This document shows, piece by piece, positions 50,232 through 61,276 of a DNA stretch of 64,000 nt. Below the pieces are notes generated by a model, which was given only the letters and a program-made list of their open reading frames with translations, was not told the origin of the DNA and searched no databases. The translations under genes were made by a program, and so were the position numbers. Every line of letters begins with the position of its first letter. The stretch's first letter is position 1. The stretch is from an uncultured Nitrososphaerota archaeon. GTDB taxonomy: Archaea > Thermoproteota > Nitrososphaeria > Nitrososphaerales > CADDZS01. Location of the stretch: positions 1,152,001-1,216,000 of the forward strand of contig CAWCYI010000004.1 of assembly GCA_963799845.1 (NCBI GenBank), in the 5' to 3' direction.

Positions 50232-51894
50232 ATGACCCAGACCTCTGACTGGCTGGACGACTTTTTTCGATCATACTACAAGTTTCGTCCCGTCAATGCC
50301 ACTTTCATCGGAATGCACACGTATGACGACACTCTACCGGATTTTAGAGAAGAAGCGATCCAAGTCTTTTCCTCTGACATGAAGAGGCTCTTAGAGGATA
50401 GTTCGAAGCTCCATCCAGTAAATCGAATGGAGGGAATTGATCTTCAGCTGAGCTTCTAATTTTTTGACAACCCAGATTGAAGAACTTGGGAGCAAGCACT
50501 TCCACCGCGGAAACCCGGCGGTTTACTCTAGCGAAGCAATCTTCGGACTCATTTCTCTTTGTCTCCGAGAGTTCGCTCCAAAGCCTGATAGAATGAACTC
50601 AATGACCGAACGAATGAAGCAAATTCCAGATCTCCTTGGGACAGGCGAGTCCAACATTCGGTCGGCTCCAAAGGAGTGGGCAAACGAGGCAATCCGCCAG
50701 TGCGATGGCGCGATAATCTTTCTGAGTACGGGAGTCAGGATACTTTTGTCCGAGTGGCAAGTTCCAGTCCCGCACGGATTCATTGAACAATCTGAAATTG
50801 CCCTAAAGGCTTTTCGCAGGTACCGCGAGTACTTGTCAGTGGAGCTTTTGCTTCATCACGTCGAAGGATACGGGACGGGCAAGGCTTTCTTTGACATAAT
50901 GGTTCAGAAGGGGCACATGCTCCCCCAAATGGATGCGAGCAAGGTTTCTTCAGTTGCTAGCGAGCTGTTAGGAGATAAGAAGGATGAGCTGGGGAGCGAG
51001 ATATTAAAGATTAGATCGGATGGCGATTGGAACGCGGTTATCGCGGATCTCTCCGATAAGCACCCGGCGTTAGAAGAAATCCTGCCTTCCTGTCAGAGAT
51101 GCTGGGACGATTGCCGCAGAGTTGTGCTTGAGCGCAAAATTCTCGACTGGCCGGATTATCCTCTGATTTACAGATTCATCCCGAAATATTTTCAGGAAGC
51201 GGCTCCATATCTCTACTTCCTGTTTTATAGATCGCCTGCACCTCTGGATAACATGAAAGTGAACGACTATCTGATGACGCCGGTCGATCCTTCTCTTCCG
51301 AAGGCAGAACTGGAGCAGAAACTTCGAGCCATCAACTACTCTGTGATCAAACACAACCACGTCGTTCATCACGGCGCTGTCGGTCACCACACCCAGAATT
51401 ATTACGCCTACCAAAGCAATTCAAGGATAGGTAGGATAGCAGGAGTCGACTGCGCTTCCCGGATCGCGATGTTTTGCGGTGGAACTATGGCAGAGGGATG
51501 GGCTACATACTCTACGGCTTTGATGGACGAAGTTGGCTTCAATACTCCAGAGGAGCACATCGCTGAACTGCATTCGCAGCTGCGTCTGATTTCGCGCGCA
51601 GTTGTCGATTCTAATTTGCACTCCGGGAAATTTTCGTTCGAAGATGCGGTCAACTTTTACGTCAACGAGGTGGGAATGACCCAGAAAGCTGCGTACAATG
51701 AAGTTGTCAAGAATTCGACTTTTCCCTGCACGGGCAGCATGTATCTATTGGGTTTTGACGGGATAATGAACCTGAGAGAGGAGATGACCTTGAAGGAGGG
51801 ATCGAATTTCAACATGCAGAGATTTCACAATTCGCTCCTGAGCTTCGGTTCCGTTCCTGTTTCAATGATTAGACGGGAAATGGTAGGCAGTTAG
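50232..51894 (+). CDS. DUF885 family protein (metallopeptidase-like); apparent frameshift near 50455
   Basis: P..AT..G.H.YD..LPD; HH...GHH.Q, EGWA.Y, R.VVD..LH, FH..LL..G..P. Confidence 0.8.
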
Positions 51895-51901
51895 AATAGG
51901 C

Positions 51902-52661
51902 ATGAGCCGTGAATTAGAAGGAAAAGTAGCGATAGTCACTGGAGGCAGTTCTGGCATCGGCCGAAGCATCGCTGAATTATTCTCGTCCGAAGGAGCAAAG
52001 GTAGTGATTACTGATCTCAATGATTTGGGAGTAGCTCAAGACATTGTGAAAAACGGCGGTAGCGCAATTTTCGTAAAAACCGACGTGCGCGACGCATCGC
52101 AGGTTAAGCGATTGGTCGAGGTTTGCGTCAATGAATTTGGCACGGTCGATATCCTGGTCAACGACGCGGGCATCGAGCAAAATCGGCTAATAACCAAAAC
52201 AACCGAAGAAGAGTGGGATAAAATTATGGACACCAACCTCAAGGGAGTCTTTCTGACCTCAAAGTACGCATCGCCCTATCTGCTCAGGAGTGACGGAGGC
52301 GCGATAGTCAATATCGCTTCGCAGCTGGGTGTAGTGGCACTGCCGGGAAGATCGGCTTACTGCGCCTCCAAGGCGGGCGTAATCTTGCTCACGAAAGTGT
52401 TGGCGCTGGAATTTGCTGAAAGCAAGGTTCGTGCGAACAGCGTAAGTCCCGGGCCGATTCAGACGCCAATGCTCGATAGAACGAGCGACTTGGACGCAGA
52501 CCCCATTGAAGCTGAAGAAGGCGCTGTTGAGCCGGGTGCCGCTCGGAAGAACCGGCATGCCGGATGAAATAGCTCAAGCCGTTTTGTTTCTATCCTCGAA
52601 GCGTTCCACGTACGTCACCGGACACAATCTGGTCGTCGACGGCGGCTATGCAATAATTTGA
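51902..52661 (+). CDS. Short-chain dehydrogenase/reductase; apparent frameshift near 52515
   Basis: [13 protein letters not shown]; the alternate frame gives [13 protein letters not shown]...VVDGGYAII*. Confidence 0.88.
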
Positions 52662-52724
52662 AAATTCCTCGTCAACAATCAAACCATAATCCGGAAATTT
52701 AGGACAAAATTCGTTTGAGGTTAA

Positions 52725-53282
52725 GTGGAAATGAACGTTCTAGACGCCGCATCGACAAATGTGGCCGTGAGAGATTTCAAGCTGGAAATAATTCACGATG
52801 ATCAATTGAGAATTATTCTAGAGTCAGCGCGTCTGACGCAGAGCGCGAAAAATCTGCAGCCTTGGTATTTCATAGTAATTGAAAAGAGAAAGACACTCGA
52901 CTCTCTTGGAGATCTAATGAAAGGCGACATTGACGAAGATTTGATGAAAAAATCTCCGATGGCAGTCGCAATCGTTGGCGATACCTCGTCGGAGTTTTGG
53001 CTGTTTGACCTAGGCCGTGCCGCGCAGACCATTACGTTAGTAGCTTGGGAAATGGGAATCGGTTCGTGCATCGTGTCTGGTCCCGAACCACCTGATCGCG
53101 AAGATTATCGAAATAAAGCCGGAGAACTTCTCGGAGTACCTGGAAATCTCAAGCTCCAGGAGCTTATAGTGTTTGGATATCCAAAAGAAAACAGAAAAGT
53201 ACGTCGTAAGAATCGAAAGAAATTCAGCGAAATAGTTTTCGATGAATCATTTGGGGCACGTTCGAAATTGTCACAATCATAA
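52725..53282 (+). CDS. Nitroreductase family protein
   Basis: VRDF, SAKNLQPWYF, D.G..AQ...L.A...GIGSC, FGYP. Confidence 0.88.
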   Translation: MEMNVLDAASTNVAVRDFKLEIIHDDQLRIILESARLTQSAKNLQPWYFIVIEKRKTLDSLGDLMKGDIDEDLMKKSPMAVAIVGDTSSEFWLFDLGRAAQTITLVAWEMGIGSCIVSGPEPPDREDYRNKAGELLGVPGNLKLQELIVFGYPKENRKVRRKNRKKFSEIVFDESFGARSKLSQS

Positions 53283-53294
53283 TTTGAGATACTT

Positions 53295-54329
53295 ATGGAG
53301 GGGGCTTTGTTGGACATAATGATAACTGGCACAGGTTTTGTTGGGTCCAACGCTGCGAGGAAGTTCATTGATGAAGGTTACAGTGTAGTTGCGCTTGATC
53401 TCCACCCCCAGAGTCCAGACTACCTTGAAGGGCTCGGAGAAAAATTGAAGATCGAAAAGCGAGATGTAACTTCGTTTTCCGCTCTCGAGGAAACAGTTGA
53501 GAAAGAAAAACCCACGATTCTCGTCCACACGGCAACCTACCTAAATCCGACGGAGTCCTTCAAAGTTTTTGAGGTGAACGTGCGCGGAACTGCGATCGCA
53601 TTAGAACTCGCCAGAAAGTATGATTTGACGCTCGTTTACCTGAGCTCCGGGGCCATCTACGGGCAACTGGAAGGAAATCAGGACATTGACGAAAGCGAAA
53701 AGTTTGGTCCAGTCTTTCCGCCGCGGGAATTTGATAATGCTTCCGGAACGGGGTACTCCATGTCAAAGCGGTTGGGAGAAGAATGGGTCTCCATGTATAA
53801 AGCCCTCTACGGTATTCGAGTTTCAGCTCTGAGGCTGGGGTGGGTCTATGGGCGGGGTATCTCCGACTACCGCCTAAATTCTGGTATCTCATTATTCTTG
53901 CGGAAAGCGATGGTCGGACAGCCCTTTGTACTTCCTTACGGGGGAGACTCGTTCTGCGATTTCGCTCACGTGATTGATGTGGCGGATTCTATCTTTGAAG
54001 CTGCGACGGCAAAGAACCTCAAGAGTCTTGCATTCAACATCGTTTATGAAAGGGGATACTACATGAAAGAAGTAGTCGAGGCCGTGAAGGAAATATTTCC
54101 GGACGCGCCGTTGTCCCTAGGCGATGGACAATGGCCATCAAAAGGAGTTCCCGTCCCAAGGGGCGGCATAAGCTGGCCTTCAAACCGACACATGAGCATC
54201 AAGAGGGCGAGGGACGAGCTCGGATTTAATCCCAAGTACGACTTGCGGAAGGGCACAAGAGAATATTACGACTGGATGAAAAAGAATTGGAACATCTGCT
54301 CGCCGGAGGCGGTTCCGTTTCGTGCTTGA
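53295..54329 (+). CDS. NAD-dependent epimerase/dehydratase family protein
   Basis: TG.GFVG, SSGAIYG, YSMSK, LR...VYG, HV.D.A. Confidence 0.88.
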   Translation: MEGALLDIMITGTGFVGSNAARKFIDEGYSVVALDLHPQSPDYLEGLGEKLKIEKRDVTSFSALEETVEKEKPTILVHTATYLNPTESFKVFEVNVRGTAIALELARKYDLTLVYLSSGAIYGQLEGNQDIDESEKFGPVFPPREFDNASGTGYSMSKRLGEEWVSMYKALYGIRVSALRLGWVYGRGISDYRLNSGISLFLRKAMVGQPFVLPYGGDSFCDFAHVIDVADSIFEAATAKNLKSLAFNIVYERGYYMKEVVEAVKEIFPDAPLSLGDGQWPSKGVPVPRGGISWPSNRHMSIKRARDELGFNPKYDLRKGTREYYDWMKKNWNICSPEAVPFRA

Positions 54330-54369
54330 ACCGGTAATATTGAAATAATGACAACCTCACGCGCTTTCC

Positions 54370-55311
54370 ATGGATCGCTTAATCGACTCTGTTTCTTGGA
54401 AACAATTCAAACTACCGGCGGGTGCTACGACCGGAGAAGTAGAACTCTCAATCGGAACTATGGGGAGTGGGAAACCGGTTGGTCTTCTTGTCGCCGGTCT
54501 TCACGGAGATGAGGGCCCATGGGGCGCGTGGGCGATACGAAAATTGTTGGAGAGAGTGGATACGAGTCAGCTCCGCGGATCTCTTCGCATAGTTCCCGCC
54601 GCTAACCCTTCGGGAGTAGAAGCAGGGAAGAGAAACGCGATCCTTGATCTGATTCCTTCGGATTTGAATAGATCTTTTCCGGGCGACCCCGAAGGTCTTC
54701 ACACCGAAAGAGCGGCCGCGATACTTGCGAGGGAGGCGGTCACGGGGGCAGAAGTTGTCGTTGATGTTCATGGCGGAGGAAATTGGTGCGTGAACGCGTT
54801 TGTGGCGAGATTTCCAAAAAGTGAAGACATTGCAAACGCAGTCGGCGCGCCGTTCATCATGGATCGTCAGCCGATTCCGAACACTCTTACGGGATATGCT
54901 CACGGGCTGGGTTCGAAAGTTGTACTTCTCGAAATGGGCGGAATAGGAAGCGAGGAGGAGGCGTGGGCTAATCGTGTTTCGGAAGGGGTGGAACGTGCGC
55001 TTAATGTCGCCGGCATTATTGAAACCGGCAGAAGAGATCCTGGAACGAAATCCATCACCGTCGGGCCGTCGAAAGTGATTCGACCATCAAAAGGAGGAAT
55101 ATTCTTGCCCGTATTGAAGGAACGTGATGTTGGGACGGTGGTTGCAGGAAATACCGTAACAGGCTACCTTCTTGACCCCGTTACAATGGGTGTCGTCGAG
55201 ACTTTCCGCGCGCCTTTTCCGGAGACTGCGGTCTTATTGCTACGACCCAACTTGATTAACGTGGAAGGTGGTACTCCTCTGCAGATTGTAGCACAACCTG
55301 CAAAATCGTAG
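54370..55311 (+). CDS. Succinylglutamate desuccinylase/aspartoacylase (M14) family protein
   Basis: HGDE, ANP, DLNRSFPG, DVH, E.G. Confidence 0.88.
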   Translation: MDRLIDSVSWKQFKLPAGATTGEVELSIGTMGSGKPVGLLVAGLHGDEGPWGAWAIRKLLERVDTSQLRGSLRIVPAANPSGVEAGKRNAILDLIPSDLNRSFPGDPEGLHTERAAAILAREAVTGAEVVVDVHGGGNWCVNAFVARFPKSEDIANAVGAPFIMDRQPIPNTLTGYAHGLGSKVVLLEMGGIGSEEEAWANRVSEGVERALNVAGIIETGRRDPGTKSITVGPSKVIRPSKGGIFLPVLKERDVGTVVAGNTVTGYLLDPVTMGVVETFRAPFPETAVLLLRPNLINVEGGTPLQIVAQPAKS

Positions 55312-55359
55312 GAACAGCCTTTCTCGAGCGAATTTCTTTCTGGTCAATGTGCTGGATAT

Positions 55360-56358
55360 CTAATTCAGTGAAGGAACTACTTCCCTTGCAAACGGAAGAA
55401 TGCTGTTCAAGGTAGGATAGTCCATAAAATAGATCATGAACCTCTGGACTCCGATCTTGATATACTCCGCGAAGCGTTCGGTCACTTCCTCTACCGAGCC
55501 GAAGATGTACTCTTTTCTGATGTCCTCCAGTTTCACGGAGAAAGGCTGCTTTCCCAGGCGTTTCCTTTCCGGGCTATTTGCGATGTGGCCGTTCGTCCAG
55601 TCAACAAGCCTTTGCTGCTGTTCGGGCTTGTCGCTAATCAGAACGTACATTTCGAGTGTTTTCTCGATCTTGTCGTAGTCTGTGCCGACCGAAGAGCAAT
55701 GTTCTTTGATAACCTGAAGCTTGTGCGCGTAATCTTCCGTGGTTAATTCGTCAATGTTCCAGGCATCTGCATAACGCGCCACTGCCCTGAGCAGAAGCTT
55801 CTCGCCCTTGCCGCCAATCAGGATTTTCGGCGAAGGTTTTTGGATCGGTTTAGGCAGACAAGTCGCTTCGTTTACGCTATAGTACTTGCCTTTAAAGGTG
55901 AATCTATCGTTTGTCCACATTCCCCTGATTATCTTGACAGCTTCGACCAATCGCTGGATGCGGGCCTTTGGCACATCTTCCCATGGCAACCCGTAGGCGA
56001 GTTGTTCATAACCGTTCCACCCTGCACCTATTCCCAGATCGACCCTTCCATTAGACATGATATCCAATGTCGCTACAATTTTTGCAAGCAATGCGGGATT
56101 CCTGTGGGTCGTGCAATCGACCAGCGTTCCCAGACGCATTGTTTCAGTGACTTGGCTCAAACCGGCCAAAACAGTCCAGACTTCTAGGGTCTCCAAACTG
56201 TCGCCGGTCATCAAATGATCGGGGGCCCAAATTGACTCATAGCCCAGCCGTTCGCAAATTCTCGTAACATCCTTCATTCGTTCGAAATTTAGATTCTCAT
56301 CCCAAGCACTCGTACCTGCGTTGATCGGGAGTGCAACACCAAACTTTGTCTTCGGCAT
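55360..56358 (-). CDS. LLM-class F420-dependent oxidoreductase
   Basis: W.PDH, RNPALLAK..ATLD.MSNGR..LGIGAGW, PKP.QKP.P.ILIGG.GE. Confidence 0.9.
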   Translation of the reverse strand: MPKTKFGVALPINAGTSAWDENLNFERMKDVTRICERLGYESIWAPDHLMTGDSLETLEVWTVLAGLSQVTETMRLGTLVDCTTHRNPALLAKIVATLDIMSNGRVDLGIGAGWNGYEQLAYGLPWEDVPKARIQRLVEAVKIIRGMWTNDRFTFKGKYYSVNEATCLPKPIQKPSPKILIGGKGEKLLLRAVARYADAWNIDELTTEDYAHKLQVIKEHCSSVGTDYDKIEKTLEMYVLISDKPEQQQRLVDWTNGHIANSPERKRLGKQPFSVKLEDIRKEYIFGSVEEVTERFAEYIKIGVQRFMIYFMDYPTLNSILPFAREVVPSLN

Positions 56359-56472
56359 GCGGGAACTCGCCTGAGATTGAGTAATTATAGTTTGTTTTGT
56401 AAATCAAAATAATCTATCCCTCATAAAATTGACCAATTCGAAAGTATAATCATCAAACTAGAATGACTAAAT

Positions 56473-57493
56473 CTAAACCGCTGCCTGTTTTTTTGAATTC
56501 TGAATCTGCAGAGCGAAATGACAAGCCGCGAGATGGTCTCCAAAATATTGCTTCAATTCAGGAACCTCGGTTTTGCATCTATCGGCAACGTAAGGACATC
56601 TTGGATGGAACGTGCAACCGCTCGGTGGAACGATGATGCTGGGAGCTTCACCGATCACTTCAGTCTTCAGAAGACTTCTCTGTTCTGGATCGGGCATTGG
56701 AAAGGCGGATAACAGCGTCGATGTGTATGGATGCAGAGGATCTACTAGGACTGATTCGGTGGGGCCGAGCTCCTTCACCGACCCCGTATAGAAAACTCCC
56801 AAACGATTTGACAGATACCTTGCAACAAATATGTTGTGAGTAACCAGGATGTACGCGAGGTTCAGACTTTTTCTGCAAGTCTTTCAGGAGATTCAGTACC
56901 TGTGCCTGAACCGCGGCGTCGAGCGCGCTGGTTGGTTCGTCAAGTAGCAACAACGCTGGATTGGGGGCGATCGCCCTCGCAATGCTCACTCTCTGTTTTT
57001 GTCCGCCGCTCAACTGTGAGGGATAATTCTCCGCATACTTCCCGCCCAGTCCTACATTTTCAAGCGCGGTCTGCACTCTTTCGTTGATGACATCTGTTTC
57101 GTACTTCAAAGGTCTCAGGGGCTCTGCGACAATGTCTCTCACCTTCATCGTCGGGTTCAGCGAAGAATCGGGATCTTGAAAGATCATCTGCACCTTCCCC
57201 TTCAGGCTTCCGACTTTCTTTCCGTTTTCAAAAATGGTCTTACCATCAAGCACCATCTTTCCCTCCGTTGGCGGAGAAATCATTGCAACCGCTTTCAGAA
57301 GAGTAGTCTTGCCAGAGCCGCTTTCTCCGACAATCCCGAGCGTTTCACCTCTCAAAAGTTCAAAACTGACGTCCTGGACTATCTTGACTTTCTTGTTGCT
57401 CCGGAATTCGGATCCTGTCTTTACCTCGACCTCCTTTGACAGATTCTCGACGATGAGAACCCTGTCGTCAATAGTAGAGGACGCACTTTGCAT
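56473..57493 (-). CDS. oppF: Oligopeptide ABC transporter ATP-binding protein; apparent frameshift near 56870
   Basis: GESGSGKT, LSGGQKQR, DEPTSALD; HPYT...CTFHPRC in the second frame. Confidence 0.85.
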
Positions 57494-58545
57494 GATGATT
57501 TTCTTCTACCTTAACGTAGCGCGGTTTCTCGGTCTTGCAGATTGCACTTACCATTGGACAGCGATCTGCGAATTTGCATCCCTTTACTTCTGACCTGAGG
57601 TCTGGTACAGAGCCCGCGAGGGTCTGGAGTCTGTCCTTCATCTCGGGAGACTTTGGATAGCATTTCAAGAGACCTTGGGTATAGGGATGGAGGGGGTTCG
57701 AGAATATCTGTCCGACCGTTCCCTCTTCCACAATCTCCCCCGCGTACAACACCACGATTCGATCAGCCACCTGCGCCGCGACTCCGAGATCATGGGTGAT
57801 CAGGACTATCGACATTCTGACCTGGTCGACGAGGCTCTTCATCAACTTCAGTATCTGCGCCTGTGTTGTTACATCAAGTGCAGTGGTGGGCTCGTCGGCG
57901 ATTAGTAACGACGGATGCAGGGACAAGGCCATCAGCTATCATTACCCTCTGAATCATTCCGCCACTCAGCTGGAATGGGTAGCGCTGGGCAACGCTCTCC
58001 GGATCGGCAATTCGCACTTTCCTCAGCCACTCAAAAACTTCCTTCTTAATCATTGACTTGTCACTTTCGGCGGGTTTTTCTGGTGGTTTTGAAGTTGCGG
58101 ACTTTTGTGACTCTACATGCTTTTGATTTACTTCGAGCGTTTCCGCGAGCTGCTTGTTCACTTTCTCGATCGGATTCAGCGATGTCATTGGCTCCTGAAA
58201 GATCATTCCGATTTCAACGCCCCTGAATTTGCCCCAATCTTTCTTTTTCAAAGCAGCGAGATCCACGCTCTTGTAGAGAATCTCACCTTGAATCGACGCA
58301 GCTGCGGGTAAGAGTCCTATTATTCCAAATGCAAGTGTACTTTTTCCCGATCCAGATTCGCCGACAATTGCCACGAATTCTCCAGAGTTTACCTTGAGGT
58401 TAATGTCTTCCAGAGCGTAGACACTCCCGTGGACTGAACGGTAAATTACGGAAAGTCTTTCGATGTCCAAGATACTGGAACTCTCGGCAATTGTAGCGGA
58501 CGTGATTTGATTCCTCGACTGATTCTTCGAACCGAGTCCTTCCAA
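57468..58545 (-). CDS. oppD: Oligopeptide ABC transporter ATP-binding protein; apparent frameshift near 57935
   Basis: GESGSGKS, LSGGMIQR / DEPTTALD, HPYT, CKFADRC. Confidence 0.85.
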
Positions 58546-58585
58546 ATAATTTAAGGCTATCAGCTGATTTTACTCTTTTGTTAAT

Positions 58586-59362
58586 TCAATCTGTTTTTGT
58601 GGATTGGGTAACCATCCCAAATTGCACTCCGGATCGATAAAGCCTTATCCATTCGGAAAACAGAGGATTGGGATATCTTTTGTAAAATCTCGATGAGAGA
58701 TAGCCGGCCAGTACTGTAACGTGGAATTTTTGATCGCTGGGCACATCCGAGAATCTCATGCCTATTCTGAACCAGTCCCTAAAGTTCTGGATCGATTCTA
58801 ATGTTCTTGGGAGAAGTGAATTCCTTGATTGGTCTTTGATATGCTCCGCAACCACGTTCAGGGACATGTTCTGCGCATGCAGCCCAAGCTCGTATGCATG
58901 TAGCGCGAGCTCATTGTCCTCGTGTCTATCAAGATCTTTCCATCCGTCTAATTTCTCGGCCGCCTGCCTCGGTACAATCATCATTCCGTAAACGGAGAGT
59001 ACTTTTCCTTCGAACCTTTGGTGATAATCTTTGATTGCCAGGAGAATTTTGCCTGGATCATAAACCACGTCCATGTCGATGTTAGAAAGCAAGTAAGTTC
59101 CACTGGAGAGAAGATATGCGAGGTTTCTGCCTTTTCCCCTGGAGCATCTTTCAATTGAAATCTTTTGAACGATTTGCTTTCGTTGCAATTCTTTGAGGAA
59201 GTCAATCGAGTCATCGGTACTCTCATTATCCACAACGACCGTCTCGAACTCCTTATTCGAAAGTAAAGGCATTATGCTTGAAATTGATCTTCTGATCGAC
59301 TTTCCCGAATTGTAGTTTGTGATGCAGATGCTGCACTTTGGATTCTGACGGTCGAGCGACAC
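58586..59362 (-). CDS. Glycosyltransferase family 2
   Basis: SICITNYN, VVVDNESTD, RG.GRN, DMD, ED. Confidence 0.85.
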   Translation of the reverse strand: MSLDRQNPKCSICITNYNSGKSIRRSISSIMPLLSNKEFETVVVDNESTDDSIDFLKELQRKQIVQKISIERCSRGKGRNLAYLLSSGTYLLSNIDMDVVYDPGKILLAIKDYHQRFEGKVLSVYGMMIVPRQAAEKLDGWKDLDRHEDNELALHAYELGLHAQNMSLNVVAEHIKDQSRNSLLPRTLESIQNFRDWFRIGMRFSDVPSDQKFHVTVLAGYLSSRFYKRYPNPLFSEWIRLYRSGVQFGMVTQSTKTD

Positions 59363-59386
59363 AGTCGATAGTTCAGCCGGTGAAAA

Positions 59387-60352
59387 TCAAGTATATTGGC
59401 TTTCTACGATTCCTTCCACGTATCCCGTCACTACCGCGCGTAGGGCCTGCTTTCTCCTTCTCCCGCGGAGAACATACGCGAGCGAATTTGGGAGAACAAA
59501 TCTTAGCGATTGAAAAATAGAACGGGCGGTGAGAAGATTTTCATCTGCAAGAACGATTCTCTGGATGATGAACCAGTCACGGATCTCGTACCTGACTCTT
59601 TGAGGATCAGCAGTGCCGTGCTGGGCCCACCAACCTATTTTTCCGGGAGGTTCGACGTCGTGATAAATGAAGCACCCGGTGTAAGCATAAACTTTCCAGC
59701 CCTTTTTTTTAAACCTGAGCGCAAGGTCCATCGAGCTGTTAATCACAAGGCGTTCGTTGAACCCACCAACCTGTTCTAGAGCTGCTCTGCGGACAATCGA
59801 GGCGTTTGGTAACGCGTCTGTCGAATAATACTTTCCCTCCAGCGCTGGATTCCTTGGGAGATTGCGGCCGAGCAAGTTGAACTTTGGAGGATCTGAGAAC
59901 GGAGTTGCGTAGACCCAGACCAAGTCCGGGCGCGACTTGTAAACGACCGCAGGCATGATGGCAGCAACATCGTGCATGTCAGATATGGCGCTCAGTGTCG
60001 CCGATAGCGTATCTTTGTCGACTACGTTGTCATCGTCTATGAAAAAAACATACTCCGTCTTTGCATTTTTCCATCCGATGTTCTTTGCTTTCGAAATAAA
60101 GATGCGCTTTTGAAATGCAATCTGCTTAATCTTCAAATCGGGAAATCTACCATTCAAATCAACTAGGTTTTCCGAATCGTCGACTATTACGATAGAGTCG
60201 ATCTCAGGGATCCAATATTTTTGGATGCTCTCAAGTAAAGCCTTTAGACGATCTGGTCTGTTGTGCGTGGGAATTACGATTGTGACCAGGCCGTCTGGCA
60301 TCAATCTTGCCTTTTCGTAGATGCTAAAATGGCTTGCCATCGCTAGGATCAC
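59387..60352 (-). CDS. Glycosyltransferase family 2
   Basis: TIVIPTHNR, IVDD, AKN.G, FFIDDD, VGGF.E. Confidence 0.88.
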   Translation of the reverse strand: MILAMASHFSIYEKARLMPDGLVTIVIPTHNRPDRLKALLESIQKYWIPEIDSIVIVDDSENLVDLNGRFPDLKIKQIAFQKRIFISKAKNIGWKNAKTEYVFFIDDDNVVDKDTLSATLSAISDMHDVAAIMPAVVYKSRPDLVWVYATPFSDPPKFNLLGRNLPRNPALEGKYYSTDALPNASIVRRAALEQVGGFNERLVINSSMDLALRFKKKGWKVYAYTGCFIYHDVEPPGKIGWWAQHGTADPQRVRYEIRDWFIIQRIVLADENLLTARSIFQSLRFVLPNSLAYVLRGRRRKQALRAVVTGYVEGIVESQYT

Positions 60353-60473
60353 TGGTCAAACATGCTTGTCTGTTGGCTAGAGTTTTAACAACGCAAGAGT
60401 GCCAAAAAGATGGATTGGACCTAATGAACTCAAACGAAAGAAATTAATCTGAATTGAAAGCGCTCGCTCACTA

Positions 60474-61253
60474 ATGGTCTACGAGGATCTTGCCGGAAAG
60501 TGCATCCTGATCACTGGAGGATCTAGGGGAATCGGCCGTGAGATGGCGCGCGAATTCCATTCTCTCGGTTCAAAGGTCGCGGTTAACTACAATTCTTCTC
60601 GGAAAGAAGCTGAAGAACTGAAGAAAGAGTTAGGCTCAGGAGTGGAGATCTTCAAGGCCGATGTTTCCAAGAAGAGCGAAGTTGACAAAATGGTCGACTC
60701 AGTTGTAACCAAGTTTGGTTCAATTAACTGCCTCGTAAACAATGCAGGGATCGTTGATGGGATGAAGTTTAACCAGTTCGACGAAGGTAAATTCAACGAA
60801 CTGTGGGGTGTAAACTTCATGGGAACTGTGTACACAACGCTTGCCACGATCGAACACATGAAAAAGAGACGCTCCGGCTCGATAATCAATCTGTCCTCAA
60901 ATCTTGGAATTGGCGCCGCGAGCTCTGGGGCAACCTTCTACGGGATGACCAAGACCGCTGTAATATCCCTAACAAAGCGTCTTGCCTATGAGCTGGGAGA
61001 GTATGGAATTAGGGCAAACGCCATCGCGCCGGGCTGGATAAGAACCGACATGACGACGCGTGGACGCACTCCTGCTGAGACGAGAAAGTCTGAGAAGATA
61101 ATTCGATCAAAAAACGCTCTTCACATGATCGGAGAACCAAGACACATCGCGAAGCTGGCCCTCTTCTTGGCTTCAGACGATTCAGCCCTAATCACGGGAC
61201 AAACCATAGTGGCAGACGGCGGCAGATTTGATTACCTGTCGCACGCAGTATGA
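60474..61253 (+). CDS. Short-chain dehydrogenase/reductase
   Basis: TGGSRGIG, NNAG, YGMTK, NAIAPG, DGG. Confidence 0.93.
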   Translation: MVYEDLAGKCILITGGSRGIGREMAREFHSLGSKVAVNYNSSRKEAEELKKELGSGVEIFKADVSKKSEVDKMVDSVVTKFGSINCLVNNAGIVDGMKFNQFDEGKFNELWGVNFMGTVYTTLATIEHMKKRRSGSIINLSSNLGIGAASSGATFYGMTKTAVISLTKRLAYELGEYGIRANAIAPGWIRTDMTTRGRTPAETRKSEKIIRSKNALHMIGEPRHIAKLALFLASDDSALITGQTIVADGGRFDYLSHAV

Positions 61254-61276
61254 TGCTGATTAATCCTCTCTTACGG